A DNA stretch of 64,000 nt from Antedon mediterranea (taxonomy: Eukaryota; Animalia; Echinodermata). Where the stretch lies: positions 19,017,432 to 19,081,431 of the forward strand of contig NC_092679.1 of NCBI RefSeq assembly GCF_964355755.1, in the 5' to 3' direction. The position numbers and the translations under genes were made by a program. The first letter of the stretch is position 1, and every line of letters starts with the position of its first letter. Shown in pieces: positions 1 through 13,300 of this stretch. Under the pieces are notes generated by a model, which worked only from the letters and a program-made list of their open reading frames with translations, searched no databases and was not told the DNA's origin.

Positions 1-388
1 ATGATTCAAAATGATGATACCATAATACATTCTATCATTTCATTTTTGCTAGCTGACATTCTCTGTAACAATGAAAAGACAGATTTTCTTAAATATTCCA
101 CAAAAGACGGGACGCCATTAATAACAAATCGTATAGCTTGTTTTTAATTGATTGAAAAATAAATTTTCCCCCAATTTTCTACATAATCACTCATCCCATT
201 GTACCATTACAATACTTTGTTATTTCGATAAAAATAGTTCTAAAAGATATATTTATCAAAATGCAAATAAATGTGGATATCTATCAATGGCTGAATCTCA
301 AGGGAAATAAAAATAAAATAAGCAAAAAAATAAATCAATACAATAAAGTAAAACAATTGCTGAGCTTTCGGACACCTAGCCCTTCCTA

Positions 389-1240
389 AGGGCCTGTTTC
401 TATTGAAAAATAAAAAAAGAACGGTTTTTTGGAAACCGGTTTCGGCTGTTGTTTATAAATAAAGATCGCGTTGCAGCTCAATTTTTACTCCAATAAAACC
501 GGTTCCGTCCATGTGCGTTCGTTATGAATGACGTCATTATATACACCACAATGCAGTTCGTTAGGCGGAAGCGCGATTTGATCGAGGTCATGTTTACTTT
601 TTTTCGCATAGCGCGATCCCCAAGAAATAGCATCCATTTCATCATAGAAGGGGGAATTATTACCTGAAACGTTATTGTGGTCCTTGGTTAAAGTATAGGT
701 ACGTCGCACCCTCTGATATTGTCAAGTTGAACTCGTCTATTTTTCACACGCTTTACAATATTCTTAAAAACATGTAGGCCTATTATACGCGAGTCTTTCT
801 TCCGACTCCCGACAAGTCCCCTCATCTTCTTTCCTTCACATATTTTTTACGAACCTCGTAATAGCATCGGTCAACATTTTTTAGTTAAATAAAATACTCA
901 CTATCTAGAGAAATAAAAATGACTTAGGCCTAGGTCCTATCGCGCGAGTTTGACTGCGAGTTGACCGCAATCATCCCAGTGCAGCAGACTGCAGAGTTCA
1001 GTTTTTGGGGTCAAATTGAGACCGCGATTGTGTTGCAGCTAAAAATTGCTCCGCGGAAACCGGTTTCAGAACGGTTCTTTGCGATCGAGACCGCAATCAA
1101 TTGGGGTTTTTGAAACCGTTTTTAAGATCGGTTCTTTTTTGTGGTTTTTTGCGGGGACCCATTTCTGCTGGCAAGAAAAAACGGTTCTTGAAAAGAACGG
1201 TATTCAAAACCGTATTCTCTGCTCTATAGAAACAGGCCCT
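389..1240. mobile_element. Non-autonomous DNA transposon (MITE; Harbinger/Tourist-like ends)
   Basis: TIR AGGGCCTGTTTCTAT (389) / ATAGAAACAGGCCCT (1240) with subterminal AAACCGGTTT/GAACGGTT repeats; no transposase ORF. Confidence 0.7.
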
Positions 1241-2047
1241 TTATGCAAGTGAGATTACTTTTATAAATGTAGATTAGATGTACAGTACCACTAAAAATAA
1301 TGTGATTGTGTGTTTTGTTTTTTTGCAATTGATTCACCTTTTCCCCGATTTCAGCCGTAAAATGTTCTCACATTTATTTTGTTTTAAACCGTTTTAACGT
1401 CGTGAGGCACTGCGCTATGTCTTCGTTTGTCTGACGTCACTTTGTGCGTGATCTGCTGGTTGATTCTAACTGACAGTAAACAGACTAGGGCCAAGTGTTC
1501 TAGTAAGTGGTGCCTGCCTACTCAATCTTCTATAATAAATAACGGTGGTAGAGGCTATGGCTGGGTAGTCAAATTCAAAATAAACTGGGGAAATATTCAA
1601 CTAACATTTTAATGAAATTTCTAGTTTTTTGCTGAATATGCCATTTTAAAATCGCATAATAGTTCTTACTTTTACCGGAAATTGGACAAACAAAAATTAT
1701 TTACTTAAAACCTAATTTAACAAACAAAATTATTGATTGGAAGTCAATAGGATTTGGTTAATTTAACCATTTATTTTGTCTTTTAATAAGTGAAAACATT
1801 ATTTTTTTTTTCATTTTGTTTCCTACGGCAGTGATTAACTTTATAAAAGCTGCGAAATGGCCTATTCAAAGTCTTTTTGTTGAGAATCTTCATTTTTTAT
1901 GTTTCAGCAGCAATTACATCCTAAAGTTAACAATAATCGGCAATCTTTACGTACGTAAACATTGAAATGTTAACGATTTACAGGAAAAGGTACTCGCTAT
2001 CGTTATCATTTCAACTTGATCGTTTTCAAACGATCGTCGTTGAACTG

Positions 2048-2601
2048 TTAACGATCAACGACGATAGCGTCGAATAACGTCGACAGGAAAACAGGCTTTA
2101 ACGATCAACGACGATAGCATCGAATAACGTCGACAGGAAAACAGGCTTTAACGATCAACGACGATAGCGTCGAATAACGTCGACAGGAAAACAGGCTTTA
2201 ACGATCAACGACGATAGCGTCGAATAACGTCGACAGGAAAACAGGCTTTAACGATCAACGACGATAGCGTCGAATAACGTCGACAGGAAAACAGGCTTTA
2301 ACGATCAACGACGATAGCGTCGAATAACGTCGACAGGAAAACAGGCTTTAACGATCAACGACGATAGCGTCGAATAACGTCGACAGGAAAACAGGCTTTA
2401 ACGATCAACGACGATAGCGTCGAATAACGTCGACAGGAAAACAGGCTTTAACGATCAACGACGATAGCGTCGAATAACGTCGACAGGAAAACAGGCTTTA
2501 ACGATCAACGACGATAGCGTCGAATAACGTCGACAGGAAAACAGGCTTTAACGATCAACGACGATAGCGTCGAATAACGTCGACAGGAAAACAGGCTTTA
2601 A
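2048..2601 (+). repeat. Tandem repeat, 11 x 50 bp, nearly perfect
   Basis: Unit TTAACGATCAACGACGATAGCGTCGAATAACGTCGACAGGAAAACAGGCT; one visible substitution in unit 2. Confidence 0.95.
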
Positions 2602-2752
2602 CATATAGCTCCTTTTACATTGTAATTTTCGTCACTTGGATTTTAAATATCATGTTGAAGTAAATGCTGCATGGATTAATTTTTAAAAGAATACTGAAAT
2701 ACAATAATTATTCTGATAATGGTAATACTTATTTACACGCATCTTCTTGCTA

Positions 2753-3328
2753 AAGCTTGGTTCCCACTAGAACGTAACGCAAGGACGTAAACGCAACGCA
2801 AGCGTTTTAACCAATGATAAGCGAAGTTATAGACAGTAAAGCTTGGTTCCCACTAGAACGTAACGCAAGGACGTAAACGCAACGTAAAGCGTGGTTCCCA
2901 CTAGCGAGGCAACGCAAGGACGTAACGCAACGCAAGTGAATTGACCAATCACAAGTGATGGCTTATTCGCTTGTGATTGCTAACTGTCTATAACTTCGCT
3001 TGTCATTGGTCAATTCACTTGCGTTGCGTTACGTCCTTGTGTTACGTCGCTAGTGGGAACCACGCTTAAGCGTGTTGACCAATGACAAGCGAAGTTATAG
3101 ACAGTTAGCTTTCACAAGCGAATAAGCCATCGCTTGTGATTGGTAAATTCACTTGCGTTGCGTTATGTCTTTGCGTTGCGTCGCTAGTGGGAACCACGCT
3201 TTAGCAATCAAAAGCGAATAAGCCATCGCTTGTGATTGGTCAATTCACTTGCGTTGCGTTACGTCTTTGTGTTGCGTCGCTAGTGGGAACCACGCTTAAA
3301 GCTTGAGTCGCTAGTGGGAACCAAGCGT
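2753..3328. mobile_element. Nested cluster of palindromic AAGCTTGGTTCCCACTAG-family MITEs
   Basis: Multiple TIRs GTTCCCACTAG / CTAGTGGGAAC with ACGCAACGCAAG subrepeats; at least three interleaved copies. Confidence 0.8.
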
Positions 3329-6300
3329 TATATAAAACGTATACGGTAGCTTGTTTCGTGAGCACTTAAACAAAATATATACAGTGAATGAAAGCTGCTG
3401 AAGATTCCGGGTTCGATTCCCGGATAGATGGTAATTTTGTGCAGGTTTACTCATCTTTCGGTTATAAATCAATTATTGAAAGTATCGCCCGTGATTTTGA
3501 GTTATCTTTCACCGATCAAAATTTACATATTCTGCCTACAGGAATTGCTACTGTGTGTTGAATGAGTACCACTGTTCTGAATAAGCGTTTGTGCATTTTG
3601 AAGCTCCGTGTTTGGGTAAGCATCCGTAAAGATATGTTTACACTATCAAATTAGTTTGACAAAAAAAGTGTGATGTACCCAAATATGGTAGTGATATGCC
3701 TAAATATGGTAGTGATATGATATCATGTCCTTATATGGGCACATCTAATTTTTTTTTTTATAAATGTAGACATAGTCTACCTAAGTATGTGTATGAATCG
3801 CGCCGTATACACCCGCAATCAAAATTCTCACATAAAACGTGTACCAGCAATGTGTTGTCTGCCATTCTTGAATTAAATTGCAACCACCTAATGTTTCATT
3901 TCCTTCTTTAGTTATTAATTTTAAAAAAAAATGTAACAACGTTTTAACGGTTGGAATTTAAGAACTTACCTCCAGAAATATATATTGGTGTTATACGTGC
4001 ATAAATCTCCTAAATATTATTACGTAATTATGATATCGTTTGTAGGCCTACTCTGTCGGCAGACACTAGTACAAAATCACAAGTTGATCATTTCTCTAAA
4101 GACACGTACAGCAAATACCGCGTGTTTGCAGCGCGTTCAAGTTTTGTCGTCTGCTCTCCCCTGTGACGTGTGTGTTGTGTGGAAGTCAGTAGCGACTACT
4201 TGCTCCAAAACACGTAAAGCAAATATGTGTTTAAGACGCTCTTGAATATTGTCTGCTGCCTTCACCGTACATAGAAAGAAAGTAGAAGAAATTTGCTGAA
4301 TCATTTGAATAATTGTAATCAATCCACCGTCTCGACAATTAGTTTCTTTAGTAGTTCTATCGATTGCAATCTTATATAAGTATATGATGTCGTAAATTAG
4401 ATGTTGCAGTTTTGATGAGTGTTACTATAACAACCGTAATTTAGAATATTGTTGACACTTTTCGTTCTTTATTTTCTAGAATAAAAGCTTCCACACAACA
4501 CGGTGTTTCGTTCTTTTTTTTTTCTTTGCACTATGATTTCTTTATATCCTATATGTTTATTGAATATATCACTTTATTTCAGGACAAATATAAAACGGAA
4601 AATAACACTAAAATAGAATTTTTTCCCATTTATGATTGTGTATTATGAAATAAAGAAAGAGAAAAAGAAATTTACTTTAAAAATACAAATTAAAAAAGTG
4701 AGACAAATAAAATGTATTATGAGGTTGGCGTTATACCGTCGCAATCAAGTAAGCTATAAAGTTTCGGTGGGTATCCTGAAATTAAAATGTCTGTCGGCTA
4801 AAATATGTTGACGAAATGGCATTCGGCAAAATGTCCGAGTACCTTTAAGCTTATAATGTTTACTGTACCGTATAGTTATTTGTATAATTCTTCACATGTA
4901 TGTACATGATCGATAATAAGTTTACTAATTCGATATGAAATATTGTCCGGTATTAAAACGAATGATTTGTTTAGAAATCTTCACGGGTTACTAGTAAACA
5001 AGAAGTATTTCTTACAAAAAAAGCTGCTCGCTTATTGAAAAATATTTTTTATTTAAAATGTTTTTGAATGTGTCATTTTATTGTCACATAATAGTTATTT
5101 TACCTGAAAAAAATGTAATTTAAAGCAACAAATACTTAAATTGTCTGTCAGACAATGGTTTTTGGGTTTCTTTTCTCTTTTTATATGTGAATAAATATTA
5201 TTTTTTTGCTACAGAAGTGAATACTCAATTTCTGTCACTTTAGTTAATTTTATTGCTAAGGTCAAGTCTAGGGGTCACTTCATCACCCTAGATATTTCAA
5301 GTGTGAAGTATCCTATTACAAACACAAACTTTAATGGACTTATTCGATAATAATTCAATTAATATCTGACAGTGAATATACCAGAAATGCTTTGGGATTT
5401 GTAATTTTAAAATGACATGTACTAATAGACTCTTTTCCCAGACGTTTTTTGGGTCTACTGTAGCAGCTGGAATCAATAAATTATAGTGGAGTTTCCATTT
5501 TCGCAAAACTGTCGTCCTTAGAACTATAACTGCTGCTTGATTTAGCTTCTGATTGAGTAGTCCTAATGGGACGTAGCGGGCTAGAGCAGCAGCGTGAAAA
5601 AATAATGATTGAGGTGTACCAAGTCCTTCTTCGTTGCATGCCCTGTCCCTGAAGTTTGGCTCCCACTAGGTCAAAGTAAGGGCAACGACGAATGACAAGC
5701 GACAGTTCAACTGATCCATCGTTTCTTGATTGGTCAAATTACTTGCGTTGCAACAAAAAATTTATAAAGAAAATTTACGCGGAATTACTCATTTTACTTT
5801 AAATTCTGAGGATTTTCCGTGACGACGAGTCTGCCGTTATATCACAACTTACTAAACATGTAATAGCCCCCTCTACGTCAAATTAGTTCTGCAAATTTAT
5901 AATATCGGTATTTCTCGATTATTTTATTAATTATTTTCGATAAAGGATTGTTATAGATGCCATGACCTTAAAAGTTATATTGTCCCAATTTGTTCACATT
6001 TGTTTGGGTTGAATATACCATTTTAATGTCACATATAGTTATTCACTTTACCAAAAATTGGATCAGAAAAAAATGGGTTTTTGGTCGAATTTAACCGTTT
6101 ATTTTGTCATTTTATAAGTGAAAGCATTATTTATAAAATTTAATTGATATACTATACTAATTGATTTTATTAATCTTCATTTTTCATGTTTTCATTTCAA
6201 ACATTGGTTGGGAGATTTTTATTAGTTACTTTCAATGACTCAATCAGTAGACAGAAATACCCTATATCATACCAATACTGTACCTTATTTCGACTTAAGT

Positions 6301-6711
6301 TATAAACTTCTAGTTCATGAATGTTCCTATAAGATAGATTAGTATTTGGTGTACAATTAGTCCGAGAAAGTTCATACAAAATAATGATAGACTGTAATAA
6401 TTTTGCCTCCGAGTATTACTAGAGTCAATTAATATTCATACACAGTAACACAGTAATAAACGCCAAATTAAAAATCCTTTTTATTTGATATAACGGTACT
6501 GTATAATTATTTTCGTATTGGGTCAAAGGTCAGACCTATTTCGTCACTTTGCAGGTGCGGACGGAAGTGCTATTTTGAACTGTGTGCAGCCCTATTCTAC
6601 TCGAGTTAAATAACCTGAAATATTGTAATTTAAAAAAATAAATACTGCTTTCTAGAGCAGTAGATAACCAACTATATATTGTATATTATAGAAAGTGTAA
6701 GTTGAATTAGA

Positions 6712-7342
6712 ATGGAAGATTTTGAGCCTTATAAATCGGAAGCCGAGGCTAACCAACAACAAGATTTATTTTCCGACGGCTTCGTGCGCGTTGACAACCC
6801 TGCTGACTCGACGGATCAGTCAGAGCCTAAAGTAAGTGACAATGCTGAGGAAGATCTGTATTCAGCGTCAGCAGCATCGGAGGAACCAGCAGCATATTCT
6901 TCCGATTTAGTGTCCTTTGATTCAAGCCCTACTACTGATAACGATCCTCTTGTAGGACTAGGAGATACAGTATCATCCCCAGCAGACTCCTCCTCAGACC
7001 CAGAACCACAGCAGCAGTTCACAGAAGAATCCTATTCTCCACAACAAGATGAGGCCCCTGTTGATGATTTACTTGGTGGCTTTGGAAGCTCAGAGCCGGA
7101 TTCTACACCACCTCCTGACGACGATGTTAAAGAGGATCCACCAGCAGTAGGGTTCATGCCTGAGGTGAACCATGCCACTGCCACTGAAAGTAATAGTGGT
7201 GAAACACTTTCACGACCATCACCTGTGGTGTTACAAGAGCCTGAGGAAGAACAAGAACCTGTTGTTGCTGCACCCTCCGTGGAAGAAGCACCACCAGTTT
7301 CATCGTCAAGTCCTACATTAATTGGTTCATCTCCTTCAGAAG
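6712..7342 (+). CDS. RTN: Reticulon exon 1, acidic Pro/Ser-rich disordered N-terminus (210 aa)
   Basis: Long ORF from ATG 6712 with phase-1 donor G|GTACAT at 7342/7343, compatible with the phase-1 RHD exon at 18218. Confidence 0.85.
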
Positions 7343-10300
7343 GTACATTTTACATTCAATTTTAAACATTAAATTGTACAGTATATATCAAAAACCTGTT
7401 CTTTTTTTTTTATAATTATTTATTTGATTAAATATATTAATTTTGAATTTGTCTTGTACTTCATTAAATTAATTACAATTTATTGAACAAATTTACAATA
7501 AAATAACTTCCAAAAAATAAATAATTTTAGTAGCTATAATTATTAATTAATAGTACTCTTTCATATTCGTTTTCGTTTGGCTTTTATTAATGCATTGAGA
7601 TCGACTACCAAAAGAAGTCATTTAAAACAATGAATACAAATAGATTTTCATTCTATGTAGTATTATTCTCAATTTTTGTTTTAAAAAATGTAATAAAATT
7701 TGCATTTTGTAATACTTTTTACAGGCAACTTATCAATGTTGTGCGCTGTAAAATGTTAAACTGCAGCTTTCCAGTTTCAGTTCCACAGAGGAAAAATTCA
7801 GAACTATTTTAATTCATATTTGCTTTGATTTTGATCAACCCTTTAGCTTTCTATTCTATCATCAATGAATGCACTGCTATTCAAAGATCTTGTAGACTGA
7901 ATAATATCTGCATCTAATTTGAATGATAATTTGCATATTTGAATAATGCATGGCTATCTATTCCAGGTGCCCTTATTGACCTATCAAGACTTGATCCTAG
8001 AGGTACAGTTGTGTGTGTGTGTGTGATACAAGTTTTGTGTACATCTTGTTGCTTACTGTATGTTACGGACACATCAGCTTAAAGTGAAACTAAAATCTCT
8101 GTCTACACTACACTTTATGTGACAAAAAAAATGTGATGTGCCCATACTGTATGGACATGATGATGTCATATCACTACCATATTTGGGTATATCACTACCA
8201 TATTTGGGTACATTACACTTTTTTTTTTCAGACTAGTTTGATAGTGTAGAGAGACCTTCTTCCAAACTAAGAAGAGCATTTCGAATGAATTAATTCTTTT
8301 TTAAAATGATTATAAAACTTTTAAAATATTAACAGATTTTACTTTTAGCTGATGTGTCTGTGTATTAAGTATACTAAACCATGTTCAGACTATCAAATTG
8401 AATTACAAATTACCTGCTTAATTTGTGTAATAAAAAATAATTATTTCATGATATTTTCATCAGTTAAAGATATATTGTCCCCCTAAAAAAATTTTTTTTA
8501 CATTTTTTTTTTGAATATGTTATTTTAATGTCACATTATAGTTATTCACTCTCACAAAAAATTGGGTCTGAAAAAATTTATTTACCTGAGAAAAATGTAA
8601 TTTAAAGCAAAAAATTGTCAAATTGTCTGGAAGGCAATGAGTTTTTGGGTAATTTAACTGTTTATTTTGTCTTTTTAAAGGTGAAATAATTTTTTCCCCT
8701 CGTTTTTTTTCTTATGGAAGTGAACAACTTCATTAAAACTGCAAAATGGCCTATTCAAAGTCCGATTTTAAAAAATCTTTATTTTTCATGATTTTGGGGG
8801 ACAATACATATTTAAATCATTACCAACAGTACTATAAAATAAAAAGACCATCCCCATGTTTTTGCTTACCTTAATTTTTTTTTAAATCGGACAACAATTA
8901 AAAACTCCAAGCTTGTGTTTTTTTCGGGAAATACAATGAAATTTGTAAGAAGGAATAGTATGAAATACTGCCAAGTTCGTCAATAAATCCGCTGAAAAAA
9001 AAAAATTTTTATTGGACAAAATAATATTTTTAATCTCTGTATTTTACATTACAGTCCTGTACATCATAATTTAATTGAAGGCATGAATGCTATCATTTTG
9101 GCGTAATAACATAGCATTTGATAGTCTGAAAAAACCTAGCCACTGCTCAGTGCTAATCATGTCTTGTATTTGTAACTGATTCACAACCTACATGTGTCTG
9201 TCTGTCTGGTTGGTTCATTAACATTCTTTATATTACAAAACATATGGCTAGACTCTCACATACTGACTATCATAAATATGTTTTTCTATTAATAGATTAT
9301 TCATGTTTTTTTCATAGTCATTTGAATAGTGTGATGTTTATGAGTGTTTGATAAGAATGTGTGATATAATCATTATCATTTGTAGCATATTTCATTTGCA
9401 GTAACATGTTATAGGTTGTTGTGAAATAATTAATTCATATGTACCATACATTTCACTGTACTGTAGATCCATATTGCACTACAGTAGCTCTGGATATTAT
9501 CAGACAGTATGGCAAAGTTAGCTTAATGCTGACTTGGCAATGGCATTAAAGTAAAATCCTTTTCACAGACTATATTATCAGTAGCATGTTTTAAAATGCT
9601 AAAAGTATGTGATCTATTCTGATCCTAAAGTGAAAGAAGTAATTGTAACACTCTGTCTACACTATCAAACTTTATGTGACCAAACAATGTGATGTGCCCA
9701 TATATAGGGTACATCACATTTTTTTTGTCAAGTTCTGATAAGTGTAAACAGAGTTTAAGACTATTCCTCCTCTTTGTGTTGTACTGTACTTCCTTTAAAG
9801 TATCATCACAAACAACATACACAGTCATCTTTTGAAACCAAAATTTGTGCGGTCATGTTTAATTTTAACAATTTGCTAATTTCATTGAATGGGTTTATAG
9901 TAAAAATGGTTAGTCATCATATAATCTAGTTTTTGTTTTAAGGCAGAGACATAGACTTTAGTCTTGGCAGGAAAGATTGAAATTTCGCTCTTCCATCGTG
10001 TTGGCTATTTTCTTAATCTAGGCCCTTTTCTAGAGGCTTCCTTTGGGTACCGAAATGGTCTCGCCTATTATTAATATTAACTTTTTGAATATTATATTAA
10101 ATCTTAATAAAATCCCTGCTACTGTATAACCAAGTATCTGTAACCATTCAGGAAATTAACCTGATAGTATTATATTATCAATTACTAATTTTTTTTTTTT
10201 TTTTGTGCTTGAACAAAAGAATTGGCTTCCACCCTTTCTTAATATTTTTGTGTAATTCAAACATTAAATTGACAAGAACAAATTAGTTTTCCTGGTCATA

Positions 10301-13300
10301 CTGTAAGTCAAAGGTCACACACTTTTGACATTTTCAGGGGTTCGCTATTAAACAGGTGTTGAGAAATTTGATAATTTCATCACTTTATCATCTAATTAAC
10401 CTTCGGGGACCATCTCAAATTATCTGTTGAAGTTCAAGTTGAAGTACAGTATACACTGATTGATTTAATTCATAGACCAATAACAAAATCTGTTTCAATT
10501 AAACCAATTTCCAACATTATTTAATTAAGACTCGAGAGCATACGAATTGAACTATTGACTATGCAGTACATAGCAAATTGACTGCATAATGTAATTTACA
10601 CTGCAGATTTTTATGTGAAAGAATAGCTGGTTTTTTTTGTGTTTGGTAAAAATTTGCAAAATGTCCTGATTTTTTTGGACCAATATTTTTTTTTAAATCC
10701 AGAAATACATTACGCTACAACAGTACAATACATACAACACTGTATAAAGTAAATCTTTTGATTGTAGCACAGGACGAACACACAACAAAGGATAATTTGT
10801 AATGGGTTATTTTGTTAGGTTGTCATTGTTAACCTATTGAAATGTGACAATTTTGACATTGTCCTAAATAGGCCATCTTTATTGTGTCATTCATTAGAGT
10901 ATCAATTGATGTCATTATCTATTGTTGCATAGAAGCTGCTACTGACATCTTTCAGAACATCCCTAATTACTAACTAGGTTTCCATAGACCATAGTCCAGA
11001 GGTCACAAAGTACTCTTAGATATGATTGCACATCATACTTGATAACATCAGTAAAGGGGTATATTTAATGTGATAACAGACGTACAGTATAGTTGCTTTA
11101 AGTTTGATAGAATAGTATTGCTTAAGTAACATTTGAGAGGAATTGAGAGCTGGAGCAAGTAGGCAGCCACGGTATACTGTAAACTATCTTGTAAATTGTA
11201 CATCAGGACAGCTACGTTTGGGACTTAAACTTGGCTAAATAAATACGTTTCAGCTATCTTGGTAGAATACATACTTTACCACGCTTATCTCTGGTCTTTA
11301 GCAAATATATGATCCACGTATACAACTTGTTTGGCTGTTCTTAACACTTTTGCAGTGCCTATGTGTGGTGCTTTTACATTCTTGACGGTGTGTGATGTAT
11401 ATATCAGCGGTGTAAGGATATAAATTACCATATTGCAACTACTGTACTGTATTTTGGCGGAAGATAGACCACAATTCATTGCTATTAGGAAATACACAGT
11501 ACTATTTCTCTGTTTTCAATAGTTTATTCAGTTATATTATAATTTTTACTTGGTTATGGCTAGCGTTGGTGAACAAACAACCCTTCAAAAGAAGTTAGAA
11601 ATTGCAATTGAATTAGGTAAGTTATACCTCCCTGGTTGAAGGATATTGATTCAGATTGAATATGTTTATTATTTTTATAAGTCTGAAGTTTTTTTCAGGA
11701 ATGATAGTATGTAGTTTTTAATAATACAACATGCACTATGTGGAGCCATAATATTTATCACATGTCGCTATAATACAACATGCACTATGTGGAGCCATAA
11801 TATTTATCACATGTCGCTATATAGTCTGGGCTCCAGACGGAGTTTTTTCTTAATATTAGTAAAAATATAAATATTTTTGCACATATGGCGTTTCATACGT
11901 GTATTACTTGAGTTTGGATACTCCGTCTGGGGAAACACGCAAAAGTCACGTGGTTTGACACCAAGAATTCTTGGTGCATAGATTATCCGGTTGACTAGTT
12001 TCAGCTGCATGCGATTGGCTACTCACTCGTACACCGTTTTAATATTCATATTCCAGAATTTCAAAGACTCAACAAATAAGATGGTACGCATGCGCTATGT
12101 TACGTTTAGACAATGTGTACTTGGGTACATTGATGAAAGTTTCTGAAGGCTAGAAAGGATTTTATATGGATCATTTAATCAGGGAGATGTAATTTACATC
12201 TCCCTGATTTAATATTACGCGGAGATAATTTGATTTAATTCCCACCCAGACCCTGTCCTGTTCTGTGTAGTGGTGGTGTAGCCCTGTCTGTTGTGTGTGA
12301 ATCCTGTTGTGTGCCGGTGGTGGTATTATGTAGGCCTACCTTATTGGCGTTTTATTTGGCAGGTCATACGTGCGAGTTGAGTAGGACCTACGAAGGAGGC
12401 CTAGGCTAAGGACTAAACAATTAATAAACAAAACAACTTGGCAACAGGAATTCACAGTCTCGATCGTACATTCAGCACTGTACGTAGGCCTACTCGATCT
12501 TTTTCATTTTGAAACAAAATGATCATTGGTTGATTCAAAATCCATATTTACATACCGCCCGCCCCATATAGCCAAATACGGTATGATAACCTACGTCATT
12601 CTTATCAGATGTTTGCGGTCTGCAAATCGATTTCTATACGTGTTTCACAAGTCTGTATTTTCAGACAAAAATCGCGGTCGAAATAAAAACAAATAAAACA
12701 ATACAGACTTGGGGCAAGTCTAGTCGCTATAATACAACATGCACTATGTGGAGCCATAATATTTATCACATGTCGCACATCTACAGTAGTTCTACACTGT
12801 AGACAGCAATTTGACTGAATTGTTAAAAAAAAAAGTAATTTTGCCATACATGTTGGCTGTACCATAACTCTTGAGCTTGATGGGCAAAAAAAATGGAAAC
12901 AGCGTATTGTACTGTATGTTTCTAGCACATTTTCAGGTTCAACTATTAAAATGAATATTCTTTAGTAACCTTAGTCTATTTCGTGCGTATCAATACCCGG
13001 ATTAAACGACAATACTATAAAAGTTCCTAGAACACCCTACTTCCATAATGGACTAATCTGTCTATCATGCCCTCATGTGGGCACATCCCAATGTATTACC
13101 GTCACTTTTTTCCTTGTAGACTATCAAAAAAACTGTTGGTTTGTGTGTTTTTATTGTCAGTGACTGATAAATCTGGCAAATTCTAGAAAACTTTCACAAG
13201 CCTACAAAGTAAAGTTTCCTAGATTCTTCAAAAGCCAGAAATTAAAGTTAAGCTCTGTCTACACTATCAAACTTTATGTTATGTTTGGACATGATTGCGT

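Noticed and set aside
485-1252. ORFs inside the first TIR element as transposase
   Set aside because: Short, with no recognisable transposase motifs.
2048-2601. Possible CRISPR array
   Set aside because: Units are contiguous with no unique spacers, there are no cas genes, and the context is eukaryotic.
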